A stretch of 64,000 nucleotides of DNA, taken from positions 29,638,001-29,702,000 of the forward strand of contig NC_058383.1 of the NCBI RefSeq assembly GCF_018350175.1. Reading direction: 5' to 3'. The stretch is from Felis catus. Lineage: Eukaryota. The notes beneath the pieces are model-generated. The model searched no databases, had not been told where the DNA came from, and saw only the letters and a list, made by a program, of their open reading frames with translations. Made by a program: the position numbers and the translations under genes. Below are positions 24,951 through 37,774 of the stretch, in pieces (within the stretch, counting starts at the first letter, position 1; each line of letters begins with the position of its first letter).

Positions 24951-26676
24951 GAGCATGTCTGCTTTACCTCTCCCCTTGACTTTCATCTGTGTTGGCCTCA
25001 CTCACTCAGGTTTCTTCCGCTGGGGATCAGAGGACTGCCAGGAGATATAAACTCATTTTCATTTCTTCCAGCAACTTTAGTGGAAAGAAGTAATTTCCCA
25101 ACCTTTCCACAAGCCTGTGGGCCCTGCCTCTCTTGGGCTCTGATTGGCTGGGCTTGCTTCACCCGCCTTTCCCAGAGCCAGTCACGTGGGCAGTGTGATG
25201 TGATTTTCCAGTAGAGTCATGGATGCTAAATTGAGGAATGAGCACCCCTGAATGGTAACTAGAGGAAGAAGTGATTCGTTTTGACTGAGGGGGGAGGGTT
25301 CGAATAGGATTCGCTTGGTGGAGAAATGGGGGGAAGCAATTCCCAGGTACAAGGAGGATCGTGGGCACGAAACATGTGTATTCCGGACAGAGTACAGAGC
25401 CCACTGTGGGCGGGGCTTTGGTGTGACCCTTGAGAAGGGTGCTGTGTTATGTGCCATGTTCACAAGAGGTCTGCCCTGCACCTACATGTTAACCGACAGA
25501 GTAACAAAAGAGGTTCTAGATTGCACATGTGTCCTCCTTGTCTCTATATTTCTAAACAATATGCACGTGATTACCATTTTACTTTTGGGTTCATCCATTT
25601 GAAACCTTAGTCACTGATTTTCTATCATCACAGAGCAGAACTGGGGTCTCATAAACCCTTTCATTATCACCCTCCTAGAACAGTTATTTTATCATTTTTA
25701 AAAATGAAACCAACACACTTTATACAAGGGCTCTTATTTTCATAGAGGAGTTCAATTTGTGTGGGCGTAGTCTCCCTGCCCCATCCCTAGCTCCCAGAAC
25801 AAATCCCCACAGCCAGCGGGGCTCGGGGTAGTGTAGACCGGCAGTGGGCTGGGCTTCAAGCACTGGACAGCTCGTGGGGCCATCATGTCCCCGAAGTCCT
25901 GGCTTCTGTCGCTCTGTTCCCAAGGAAGCTGTACATATCAAACCAGAGACTTTATATGATGCTGGGCAAATGGTTTCATCTGTCCACTCTCCTCTCAAGA
26001 GGAAAATCACCAATTCCTCGTGACCCGCTTAGAAGGGTGCCCTCACTTGGAGCCACTTCAGGAAGGAGTCTGCTGGCTGTCCTCCCTTGTCCCTTCAGAG
26101 GGACTTTAATCAGAGTTTATTCGCTCAAGGACTCTTGAGGACAACAGCTTTATCATCCCTCAGCATGCTTTCCTGTCCTCCTGCCTGCCCTGTGTCTCAA
26201 GCCTCTGAGGCTAGCGCTGCCTGCAGGACAGGCTTTCTGGGCCATCAGGAACACACTCTTCCTCTTGAGGAATAACCCCCTTCAAATGCAGCAGCATGGG
26301 TGTACTAGTCGTGGCCATCGTTTCACTCCTGCCTTGTTTCGCTGGTAGATGGGGAAGACGGGGGATGGCCAATGAGGAGAGAGAAGCTGGTGGAGCAACC
26401 TGGGGGGGGGGGGGGCGGCTGGATGGGAACACCTTTGATTTCACAGTCCTTTCATGGATTCTGTGTGCTCCCAGACCCCAGTCCTCCACCAGAGCCACTG
26501 AAGAGGACAGAATAAAGTGATTGGTCTGTTTCTACAACCTGGACATTTTGGGCCACTTGTAGACCCAAAGGTGGCCTGGAAAGCTCGCTCAGAGAAATAG
26601 TCAGCATGCATCATTCATGAGGACCTGTTGCAAACTTCTAGGACTCTGACATGTTCGTTCTCACAAAACCTTAAAT

Positions 26677-26895
26677 GGGGGCTCCTGGATGACGCAGTCG
26701 TTTAAGCGTCCGACTCTTGGTTTCCGCTCAGGTCAAGATCTCACGGTTCATGGTTTTGAGCCCCGCGTCGGGCTCTGTGCTGGCAGCGTGCAACCTGCTT
26801 GAGATTCTCTCTCCCTCTCTCTCTGCCCCTCTACCAATTGCACTGTCTCTGTTTCTCTCAAAACAAATAAAGCAAAGCTTGTTAAAAAACAAGCA
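26677..26895 (+). mobile_element. CanSINE (within a MIR)
   Basis: Head, (CT)n, A tail. Confidence 0.92.
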
Positions 26896-27516
26896 AAACT
26901 CTAAACATCTTTATGTCATTATTACCCAACCCATGAGAAACAGGAACAAGACAGATAAAGATGTATTTCCTGGTGACTATCGGTGCCTGGGAGGCGTCTC
27001 TGACTTGGGGCGGAGGACGCACAAGCCACCCATCAGGGAAGCGGAAGACGTTAATCCAGCTCTGAGGACTGGGGTTGAGAGAGCAGTGAGGTCAGGTCAC
27101 AGGCAGCATTTTCCACGTGTTACAGGAAAATGGAATCTCTGATGACAACCCGTATTAGTAATCTCCTTGGTGCAATTCTTACATCACCAGTGCCTGTGGC
27201 AGTGGGGACAGGGTGGTGACAGAAATAGGAAAACCTCATGTTCCCCAAGTCATCTGGGGAGAACACTTCACAGCACTGGGAATAATTCTAAACTCCCCCA
27301 GCATGGGGTTCACAACATCCCTGCCCAAGCCTCACTTAGAGAGAGAGGCTTTCACAAAGAATTTTTTGTTTTCAGTTCCAAATTAGGATAGCTTCCAAAA
27401 AGTTCTCTCTCATCAATTATTCCCCCTCCTCAACATAACACAGTCATCTCCCATCTATATGTGCTCAGGGCTAGTGGTGAAGAAGATGGAGGAAACTTTA
27501 GCAAAAGATACCTTGA

Positions 27517-27960
27517 GGGGCGACGCCTGGTGCCTCAGTCAGTTAAGCGTCTGACTTCAGCTCGGATCATGATCTCTCTGTTCGTAAGTTCGAGCCCCAC
27601 GTCAAGCTCTGTGCTGATAGCTAGGAGCCTGGAGCCTGCTTCGGATTCTGCGTCTCCCTCTGCCTCTCCTCCGTTTGTGCTGTGTCTCTCTTGCTCTCAA
27701 AAATGAATGAACATTAAAAAATAAAAATAAAAAAAAGATACCTTGAGGGGCACGTGGGTGGCTCAGTCAGTTAGGTGTTTGACTCTTGATTTTGGTTCAG
27801 ATCATGATCTTACGGTTCATGGGATCTAACCCCACGTCGGCCTCTGTGTTGACAGCATGGAGCCTGCTTGGAATTTCTCTCTCTCCCTCTGTCTCTGCCC
27901 CTTCCCCACTCATGTGCTCTCCTCTCCCTCTCTCAAAATGAATAAATAAACATAAAAAAA
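27517..27960 (+). mobile_element. Two head-to-tail CanSINEs (27517-27732, 27747-27960)
   Basis: Target site AAAA(G)ATACCTTGA present three times. Confidence 0.95.
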
Positions 27961-28249
27961 ATACCTTGACATTTTGGCCTGAGCATTCTGGTTTTCAAAA
28001 TAAATCTGGAATAATAGCCTTTGGCACCCTCAGAAGTTCTAATTCTAGATTTTATGAAAGTGGACCTGTTGAAAATATGTTTGGCTGTTTTTACAAATAC
28101 TGGCTTAAGCATTATCACATTTTTTTTTTATGTGACAAGAGCCCAGATGTAAGCAGTCTAAAGACAGTATGGTCAGTTCTAGTATAATAGGACAAAGGCA
28201 CTAAAAATCACTGTGTTATGCAAAATCGCACAGTAGAAACCACAATCTT

Positions 28250-30300
28250 TTTTAAAAATATAATTTATTGTCAAATTGGTTTCCATACAACACCCAGTGC
28301 TCACCCCAACATGTGCCCTCCTCCCAGCCCATCACCCACTTTCCCCTCTCCCCCACCCCCCATCAACCCTCAGTTTGTTCTCAGTATTTAAGAGTCTCTT
28401 ATGGTTTGCCTCCTTCCCTCTCTGTAACTTTTTTTTCCTCCTTTCCCTCCCCCATGGTCTTCTGTTAAGCTTCTCAGGATCCACATAGGAGTGAAAACAT
28501 ATGGTATCCGTCTTTCTCTGCCTGACTTATTCCACTTAGCATAATACCCTCAAGTTCCATCCATGTTGCTACAAATGGCCATATTTCGTTCTTTCTCATT
28601 GCCAAGTAGTATTCCATTGTATATGTAAACCACATCTTCTGTACCCCTTCGTCAGTTGATGGACATTTAGGCTCTTTCCATAATTTGGCTATTGTTGAAA
28701 GTGCTGCTGTAAACATTGGGGTGCATGTACCCCCAGGCATCAGCACTCCTGTAACCCTTGGGTAAATTCCTAGTAGTGCTATTGCTGGGTCATAGGGTAG
28801 TTCTATTTTTAATTTTTTGAGGAATCCCCACACTGTTTCCCAGAGCTGCTGCACCAGTTTGCATTCCCACCAGCAGTGCAAGAGGGTTGCCATTTCTCCA
28901 CATCCTCACCAGCATCTATAGTCTCCTGATTTGTTGATTTTAGCCACTCTGACCGGCATGAGGTGATATTTCATTGTAGTTTTGATTTGTATTTCCTTGA
29001 TGAGGAGTGACGTTGAGCATCTTTTCATGTGTCTGTTGGCCATGTGGATGTCTTCTTTGGAAAAGTGTCTATTCATGTCTGCTGCCCATTTCTTCACTGG
29101 ATTATGTTTTTTGGGTGTGGAGTTTGGTGAGTTCTTCATAGATTTTAGATATTAGACCTTTATCCCACATGTCATTTGCAAATATCTTTTCCCATTCTGT
29201 CATTTGTCTTTCAGTTTTATTGATTGTTTCCTTTGCAGTGCAGAAACTTTTTATCTTGATGAGGTCCTAATAGTTCATTTTTGCTTTTAATTCCTTTGCC
29301 TTTGGAGATGTGTCGAGTAGGAAATTGCTGTGGCTGAGGTCAAAGAGGTTTTTTCCTGCTTTCTCCTCTAGGGTTTTGATAGTTTCCTATCTCACATTCA
29401 GGTCCTTCATCCATTTTGAGTTTGTTTTTGTGTATGCTGTAAGAAAATGGTCTAGTTTCATTCTTCTTCATGTTGCTGTCCAGTTCTCCCAGCACCATTT
29501 GTTAAAGAGACTTTCTTTTTTTTTCCCATTGGATACTCTTTCCTGCTTTGTCAAAGATTAGTTGCCATACATTTGTGGGTCCAGTTCTGGGGTCTCTATT
29601 CTATTCCATTGGTCTCTATTTGTGCCAATACCATAATTGTCTTGATGATTACAGCTTTGTGATAGAGGCCAAAGTCTGGGATCGTGATGCCTCCCGTTTT
29701 GGTTTTCTTCTTCAATATTTGGCTATTCAGGGTCTTTTGTGGTTCCATACAAATTTTAGGATTGTTTGTTCTAGCTTTGAGAAGAATGCCAATAGAATTT
29801 TGATTGGGATTGCATTGAATGTGTAGATTGCTTTGGGTAGTATTGACATTTTAATAATATTTATTCTTCCAATCCATGAGCATGGAATGTTTTTCCATTT
29901 CTTTGTATCTTCTTCAGTTTCCTTCATAAGCTTTCTATAGTTTTCAGCATCCAGATCTTTTACATGTTTGATTAGGCTTATTCCTAAGTATTTTATGGCT
30001 CTTGGTGCAATTGTGAATGGGATCAGTTTCTTTATTTCTCTTTCTGTTGCTTCATTATTGGCGTATAAAAATGCAACTGATTTCTGTACATTAATTTTGT
30101 ACCCTGCGAGTTTGCTGAATTCATGTATCAGTTCTAGCAGACTTTTGGTGGAGTCTGTCAGGTTTTTCATGTAGACTATCATATGGTCTGCGGAAAGTGA
30201 GAGTTTGACTTCATCTTTGCCAATTTTGATGCCTTTTATTTCATTTTGTTGTCTGATTGCTGATGCTAGGACTTCTTCCAACACTATGTTAAACAACAGT
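28250..30300 (-). mobile_element. 5'-truncated carnivore L1 (~2.05 kb; ORF2 3' part and 3'UTR)
   Basis: ORF2 fragments ([41 protein letters not shown]); TSD TAGAAACCACA(A/G)TCTT at 28234-28249 and 30301-30316. Confidence 0.97.
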
Positions 30301-30360
30301 TAGAAACCACAGTCTTACAGGAAAGATAGGTTGGAGTGTAACATTCAAAAACATCATCAT

Positions 30361-30519
30361 GGGGGAGCCTGGGTGGCTCAATTGGTAAGTGTCTGACTTC
30401 AGCTCAGGTCATGCTCTCGAGGTTTGTGAGTTCGAACCCCACATCGGGGTCTGCTCTGATGGTGTGGAGTCTGCTTGGGATTCTCTCTCTCTCCCTCTCT
30501 CTGCTCTGTCCCCACTTGT

Positions 30520-30561
<42 letters not shown>

Positions 30562-30588
30562 AAAATAAATAAATAAACTTAAAAAAAT
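30361..30588 (+). mobile_element. CanSINE
   Basis: Head, long (CT)n, A tail. Confidence 0.95.
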
Positions 30589-31315
30589 CATCAGGGACAC
30601 ATCCACAAGATAGAAACTCCATAAAAACAGTAGCATATTTTTATATGTGCTAAATGGTTACGAAATACAATATAGGTAGTATGGTAAATATGGCACTTTG
30701 TCTTGAAAAAGGGTTGAAGTTTGCTTGTGAAAATGGGTGTTGGCAGGTACATGGCTCAGTTCAGCTGGGTGCAGTGTTCTGCAATTATCTGGTGTTTCTC
30801 ATGGATGAAGTTACATACAAGCAAAAGTAACACTTGCACTAGGCTTGGATGGTTCCCTGTGGTATTCATCACAACGGAACACATTCAGAACGAGCATCAT
30901 TGTACACCTGCTCAAGGAAGTCATCCAAAACCAGACTCCTTCTATTTTTCTTGCTCTGAGACCTTTGGTGCACGGCTTTTGTCCCCATAGTATTAAGAGG
31001 GCTGATGTCCTTCCAGGTATTCTTTCCACCTTCCAGGCAGAAAGAAGGGAACGTCAAGAGCAAAACACATTTTCTCCTTGAAGAATCTTTGCCTTAGGGA
31101 GTGGCCCTTTCCCCAGGGACATCCCTCTGTCTCTGACAGGTGAGAAGGGTACCACACGGCCATTTCTACTTGCAGAGGAGTCTGGGAAGGTGAGTAGTTT
31201 AGTAGGCACATTGCTAGTTAGCTCTCTGTCATCATCACCCACAGGTTTATTAAGAGAGAGCTGTAACAGGTCTAAGTTTCTAGAGATAATTTTGTTGAAC
31301 AAATGTGTTCCTACT

Positions 31316-31470
31316 GGGGCACCTGGGTGGCTCAGTCGGTTGACAGCTCGGAGCCTGGAGCCCGCTTCGGATTCTGCGTCTCCCTCTCTCTCTGCCCCTC
31401 CCCTGCTCATGCTCTGCCTCTCTCTGTGTCTCAAAAAGAAATAAACACTGAAAACAAATTTATAAAAAAC
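31316..31470 (+). mobile_element. CanSINE with internal deletion
   Basis: Head jumps from CGGTTGA to CAGCTCGGAGCC (TGA microhomology); TSD CAAATGTGTTCCTA at 31300-31313 and 31471-31484. Confidence 0.92.
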
Positions 31471-31704
31471 CAAATGTGTTCCTATTCAATTATCTGGAAA
31501 GGCATCTGACCACAGAGCCTATCTACCTGGGAGACCTCAAAGAGATGGAAAGACATGTAGCAGATTTGAAGTTTCCTGTCTGCCTGAATATTTCATTTTC
31601 AGCCCATGATAGGAATATTAATATTAGTTATCCGAATAAACATCAAATACACAGCAGTTATGTACCAAGCATTGTGCTGGGTACTGAGAAAATAAAGATA
31701 TGAT

Positions 31705-31932
31705 GATGGCCATACATAATGCTTAATGAGCACTTAACCTGTGCAAAACAATATTCTGAGTACTGTATTCACATTAGCTAATGGACTTCTCACAATGAGC
31801 CTAGGAGGTAGGCTTTATTATTCCTCCCAATTTAAGAAGGATGAGAACACTGAGGCACAGAGAGGTTAAGTAATATACTGAAAGTCATTCAGCCTGGTGA
31901 GGGGCAGTCATGATTTCAACATGGGTCTGTCT
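31705..31932 (-). mobile_element. MIR (flanked by L2-like sequence)
   Basis: GAGCACTTA..AGGTAGG..ACTGAGGCACAGAGAGGTTAAGTAA core. Confidence 0.8.
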
Positions 31933-32019
31933 TCTCAACTGCTGTTGAACCTGTAAGGGGACCTTATATTTAGTTGTAGAGGCAAGGACAGAAGCAAGTA
32001 ACCAGTAGCTAGATGCTAT

Positions 32020-32803
32020 TGGCAGCCTGCACAGTATTTAAAACATTTAAAAAATTAGGTGCCAATATTTAAAAACTGAGGGCTTTTTCCCCACAAAAAT
32101 TTGGATTATTGATGTATTTGTCAGGGTTCTCCAGAGAAACAGAACCAATAGGATATGTATGCAAATATACAGAAAGAGGTTTACAAAGAGATACTGGCTC
32201 ATGTGATTATGGAATCTGCTGTCTGCAAACTGTTGGTACAGGGCAGCTGGTGGGGTAGTTCAGTCCAAACCCAAAGCCAGAGAACCAGGTGAGTCAACGG
32301 TACAAATCTCACTCTGAGTCTGAAGGACTCTAGATCCAGGAACGCCAATGTCCCAGCTCAAGCAGAGAGAGCAAATCCATCCTTCCTCTACCTTTATGTC
32401 CTACTTAGGGCCTTGGTGGGTTGGGTGATGCCCACCATATTGGTGAGTATGATCTTTACTCAGTCTACTGATCCAAATGCTAATCTCTTCCAGAAACACC
32501 CTCATGGACACACCCAGAAATAACATTTTACCCACTCCCTGGGCATCCCTTAGCCCAGTCAAGTTGACACACAAAACTAACCATCACAACTGGCTTCTCT
32601 TGAACAAAACTCAGAATATTTGTTAATACAGGAAAAGTATGTACATATGGCAATGCTTAGTTGGAGCTGACTGGTAGCTCCTCACTTTAGGAGGGCAGTT
32701 TGTGTCCACTCCCCACACCCCACTGCTCCCTACTGTCCTAGGACTCACCCCCTTTTGCACACTCATGCTTCATCCTGCAGGATATCAGAGTTTGCAATCC
32801 CTG
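32020..32803 (+). mobile_element. MER102-like hAT element split by MLT2
   Basis: GCCAATATTTAAAAACTG..|..CTGGCTTCTCTTGAA..GGAGCTGA..GAGTTTGCAATCCCTG; another fragment at ~15447-15590. Confidence 0.65.
32113..32588 (-). mobile_element. MLT2 (ERVL) solo LTR
   Basis: TGTATTTGTCAGGGTTCTCCAGAGAAACAGAACCAATAGGA..CCAGTCAAGTTGACACA..AACCATCACA. Confidence 0.9.
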
Positions 32804-35179
32804 CACTATGAAGCACGATGCATACAACAGAGAAGATAAAATCAGAGTCTTTAGAAAGCGCAGAGGAGAGAGTTGGAGAAAACCGTAAAGCAGGCCATGT
32901 CTAAGTTGGGTGTTCATGGCGAAAGTAAGCTTATTAAACGGCAGAGAAAGAAAGGCAATCCTGGCAAAAAGAACAGCACAAAGGCTTAGGAGGACACAGA
33001 ATACTGTTCCCTACTCTCATACATTTGAGCACTATGCCATAGTGGGTTATCTATTAATTCATCTGATTATAAAGAAAAGAAAAAAAAAACCCAAAACATC
33101 TGTTCCCTGTAATCACTGTACCCAGCCTGGGCTTTTGGTACAGCTTTAATTTCCCTCTTGTTCTATTGATCAAACAAACAAACAAAAGTTTTTTTGTTTT
33201 TTTGTTTTTTGTTTTGTTTTGTTTTTTTTTTTTTTTTGAGAAAAGATTCTTTTTAAGCCAGCATTTTGCTTCCTTGTCTGATGCTTGCTTTGTATAGAAA
33301 TCGATTTGTTTTCTTTCCAGCATGCTGGAGAATTTACCTGCCCTGCCCTCACCTCAGTTTATGCTACAGCTTGAGACTCTCATACTGAAAGCTCAGGACA
33401 GGCAGGGTTTCTGAGGAAAGCCGTGGGTGAACTGCTTGAATTTGAATCCTGCAACCATCACCCCAGCTGTGTGTTTCTAGGAGACGTCTGTAGCCTCTCT
33501 GGGCTTCAATTTCCTTCCATCTTCCTGGGCAATAACAGGAGTGTCCACCTTTTAGAGTTGTCAGGGGTTGTTATCTGAGGAGCAGTTGAACCAACCAAAG
33601 GCTTGGATGTGGCTCAGCACACGTGGGCTGTTATCACAACACTACTCAGTGCCTGGCTCTGTGCCAGCTGTTGGGGAAACAGGACAGACGTGGTCCCAAA
33701 AGCAGGGGGGCTGAGAGGACGAGAACATTTTGCTCTGTAACCCCCTTGCTTTTTCATCATAGATGGAAATGCCAATACCGCCAGCCCGAGTGTAAATTCT
33801 CAGTTCAGACGTGTCGCTCTTTGCTGAACTTTGCTGGAAACTTCATGCTGGGTAGATCGACACATCCGTGCACAGACGCTGGGCCATTCCCAGCTGAAAT
33901 CCTTGGCTGTGCCTCCGCGTGTTTTCATTCCCTTTAAAGAGAGCCCAGCGGTGAGGGGCAGGACGAGGGGAGGGAAAGACGTCTGGCAGGGGATAGACAG
34001 GAGATCATATTTAATGTGGCCCAGTGATAAATCAGTGTGTGCGTTGGGCATACATTTTTGCTTAGGGTAGCACAGTCACAACAGATGTATGAAAAATCCA
34101 ACCAAAACCAAACCAGACAAAACTGCAGGAGAAAAAAAAAAAAAAGAAAAAAAAAAAAGCAGGTGGTGTTGTCAGCTTCATGCAACCACATCCCCCAACC
34201 ATGGATTCTTTAAGGTGCCTCACTGTTCTTCTGATGGGGAAGCAAAGGCCCTCGGGTCTTCTTTGTCCCCTCCCCACCTCCCACCCCCCCGCCCCGCTGC
34301 ATTTTCACTGTGGCGATGCTTTAGCTGTCACCTTTCGGTGACAAATGTCCCCCTTGTGGGTGTTGAATTTATTCAGCTAGTCCACCTAGGAAAGATTACA
34401 AATGAGGAACAAGGGTCAAGTCTACGAAACGCAGTTGCAAAAGGGAAAAAAACAAAGTGGCTCGAGAGCCAGGCTCCTAAAGGGAAGTGCAATGAGACAG
34501 ATTCAATTTTGACTAGTATGTATTTACAAAGAGAGGCCAGAAGGCAGTAAGAAGGGAAACGCAGAGCCTCCGCTCGCTAGAAGAGCGATTAGGGACCATC
34601 CAGTGTGCGCCGAGTTAATTGGCTTGAGCCACGTACTATCTGGAATTAATCTTCCATTTCTTTTGTATTCATGTCCGGCTTGGGAGGACTGGATGTGGAA
34701 GATGGGTATAGCTGAGCAGATCATACCGTGCAAAAGTAATTCTTTTGAGCAGGCATAGCCAAATGAAGGATGCTCTTTCAGCTAAGAGACTTGACATTCA
34801 GGAGGCAATGGAGGGGCTGAGGAATGCAAACAGCTGTTACCGACTGGGTTGTTGACAATAAATCTTGGTCCAAGCTACTCAAAAGTCGCCACGCGTTGTG
34901 TGGGAAGGCTTCGGCTGTGCTATTCCCGGGAGGGGGCTTGGCTGGAGGGAGAGAAAGGACAAAGGAGGTCAGGGTGAGAGGAAAAGGTGGCGCGCCTACT
35001 CTGTTCCCCACAGTGATGTTCCTTGGAAGGCCGGGGTGGGGAGGGAGAAGCTTTCTGCAGCCCCAGGGCGAAGCTGGTTCGATCCCCCCTCTTCCCTGGG
35101 CGTCTACTGCGTCTGAGCATTTACTTAGGTATTACCTTCACTCACCACAAGATGTCTGAAAGTTAGGTAACATTCTATT

Positions 35180-35835
35180 TTTTTCAATAAGCTTCAAATT
35201 TTAGGATAGTTTCAGATTTAGAGAAAAGTTGCAAAGGTAGAACAGAGATTTCAGGACCCCCCTCGCTTTTCCCCATTGGCCATCTCTTACCTCACTGGGG
35301 TGCATTGGTTAAAATGAAGGAACTGACCATGTTAGGTCTTTGTGTGGACCAGTTCTCCCATTCATGTCCTTGTCTTAGTCCATTTGGGATGCTATCATAA
35401 AAAGGCCGGGGTGTGAGGGGTTCAAACAAAAGGCATGTATCGCTCACCACTCTGGAGGCTGGAAGGCAAGACCGAGGGGTTGGTAGATTTGGTATCTGGG
35501 GAGGGCCGGCTTTCTGGTTCATAGATGGTGTTGCTATGTCCTCACTGATGGGAAGGGACAAGGTCTCTCTCTGGGGTCTCTTTTGTCAGGGAAGTCCCAT
35601 TTTGGGGAGCTCCCAAATACCCCACCCCTTGATACTATCACTTTAGGGGGCAGGATGCAACATGCAAATTTGAGGGGGACACAAACATTCAGTGTCTGGC
35701 TGTCCTCCACCTGTTCCGGAATCCCATCCAGGTACCACGCTGCGTGTTACCATCACGTTCCCCAGGCTCCTCTGGCCTGTGACAGTCTCTCAGTCCCTCC
35801 TTGTTTCTCGCGTCCTTGCCATCTTGAAGAGCACT
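35180..35835 (-). mobile_element. L1MC/MD-type 3' fragment split by an MLT1A-like LTR (35371-35695)
   Basis: AGATTTAGAGAAAAGTTGCAAA..; TGTCTTAGTCCATTTGGG..CTGGAGGCTGGAAG..GGGGACACAAACATTCAG; L1 resumes at ATCCCATCCAGG. Confidence 0.75.
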
Positions 35836-35949
35836 CCTTATCCTTTTTCTAACATCTCAAGAAATTAAGCCTCAGAGGGGTGAAGGGACTTTTCCAAGTT
35901 CAGGCAGCCTATGGAGGCCATGCCCGATTTCCTTGGGGACACCTTGAGT

Positions 35950-36118
35950 CAGGGTCTCAGTCTTATGCCTTAGAATCACCAGGTGGACTTGCTGGGACTC
36001 ACCCCCAGAGTGTCAGGTTCAGTAGCTCTGGCCTGGAGCCAGGATTTGCATTTCTAGCAAGTTCTCAGGTGATGGTGATGGTGCCTTCGGTCCAGGGACC
36101 ACATTTTGAGAACCGCTG
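35950..36118. mobile_element. MER5A
   Basis: TTAGAATCACC..TTTGCATTTCTAGCAAGTTCTCAGGTGATG..GGGACCACATTTTGAGAACC. Confidence 0.85.
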
Positions 36119-36665
36119 TTTTCAGCCCTGTCCCTTTGGAGCTGTTTATCCAGATCGAAATCATCAGATGGTTGTCACATCTCCACTGTTCCTTCTGAAG
36201 TGTACAAATGAAGTTAGACTCTGAAGTGACTTTCCCACCCTGCCTCCCTTCCTCTCCCCACTGTTTTGAGCATCACTGACCCAGGCGGAAGGAGTGTGGT
36301 TCAAAGGCATTTGCTACCCTGGGCAAGTAAGAAGTGCATGGTGCTTGTAATCTGGCAGAGACTGGTTTGTGCCCCATCCCGTCACGTCTGAGGGCAGCTT
36401 TGTGGCTTCATGGGAACGTTAGTCTGCAAAACGTTAGCGACTGATTCCTACTTCAGACGTGGAGCCAAAACAGTTACTGAAAAACAGGAGACTGACAGAT
36501 GAAACAGTGTGAACTCTATGTACTCCCTTGGAAATAGTAATATATTATTAATCTATAGTTTCTTCTTGAGAAGGTTGACATTTATTCATTCGAACTTTAT
36601 TCTTCCTTTCCTGTTTTTTTTTTTTTTTTTTTTTTTTAATGTTGCTACAAAACTGAAATGAGCTA

Positions 36666-36886
36666 GGGGCACCTGGGTGGCTCAGTCGGTTAAGCTTGAG
36701 ACTTCGGCTCAGGTCATGATCTGATGGTTGGTGAGTTCAAGCCCCGCATCGGGCTCTCTGCTGTCAGCATGCAGCCTGCTTTGGATCCTCTGCCCCACCT
36801 CGCTCTCTGCCCCTCCCCTGCTCTCGAAGGCGCTCCCTCTCTCGCTCAAAGATAAATAAACATTAAAAAAACAAAAAACAAAAAAC
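36666..36886 (+). mobile_element. CanSINE
   Basis: Head, (CT)n, A tail. Confidence 0.93.
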
Positions 36887-37128
36887 CTGAAAGGAACTAA
36901 AAGCGAGACCTGCATTTGGTTAACTACCAATTTCGGAATGATGGCACCAAGGAAAATAAATGCACAACAGGGACTTCCTGAAGAGGCACACACACTGATT
37001 GAACTCACATTAGTGAATGGCGAAGTAATGCCTTTATGTCCATATAACAGCTTCCAGCGACCTGGCATTTACTGAAGCCCCAGGTAAGAAATCACCATGC
37101 CTTGTTAGTTACTTAAAAACAAATTACT

Positions 37129-37363
37129 GGGGCACCTGGGTGGCGCAGTCGGTTAAGCGTCCGACTTCAGCCAGGTCACGATCTCGCGGTCCGTGAGTTC
37201 GAGCCCCGCGTCGGGTGCTGGGCTGATGGCTCAGAGCCTGGAGCCTGTTTCCGATTCTGTGTCTCCCTCTCTCTCTCTGCCCCTCCCCCGTTCATGCTCT
37301 CTGTCTCTCTCTGTCCCAAAAATAAATAAAAGTTGAAAAAAAAATTAAAAAAATAAATAAACT
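37129..37363 (+). mobile_element. Young CanSINE (SINEC_Fc-like)
   Basis: Perfect TSD TTAAAAACAAATTACT at 37113-37128 and 37364-37379. Confidence 0.97.
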
Positions 37364-37774
37364 TTAAAAACAAATTACTTACATTGTATGTTGTTTTCCG
37401 GAGCCGTTTGTGAAGGGATAGCTCATTCCGCCCCCCCAACTCCCGAGCTTGACCCTGACACTATTTTTGGTTATCTCTTCAAAAGGGACTTGAGGAAAAG
37501 AAAAATAAAAACACACAGCCTCCCGAGTACTATCTGGAAAAGTGCTGCAAGTTTTTCGAAACTCTTGAAGAATTCATAACCGTAAGCACTTCCCCAGATT
37601 AATGATTAATGCTGTTTTCAAGCTCTCTCTGTATTTCATACTTTGATTAGCAGCGCAACAGGACTTTTAAGTCGGGCCGGATTCCCAATGAAATAGAGAA
37701 CTTTAGTCATTTCTTTTGTTACCCTGCACATCTCTGCTCCTTAATCATTTAAAAACACTTCCAAACCAAGGCAG

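Noticed and set aside
37051..37089. 33-nt micro-exon ending CAG|GTAAGA
   Set aside because: Good donor but weak acceptor, and no other supporting exons.
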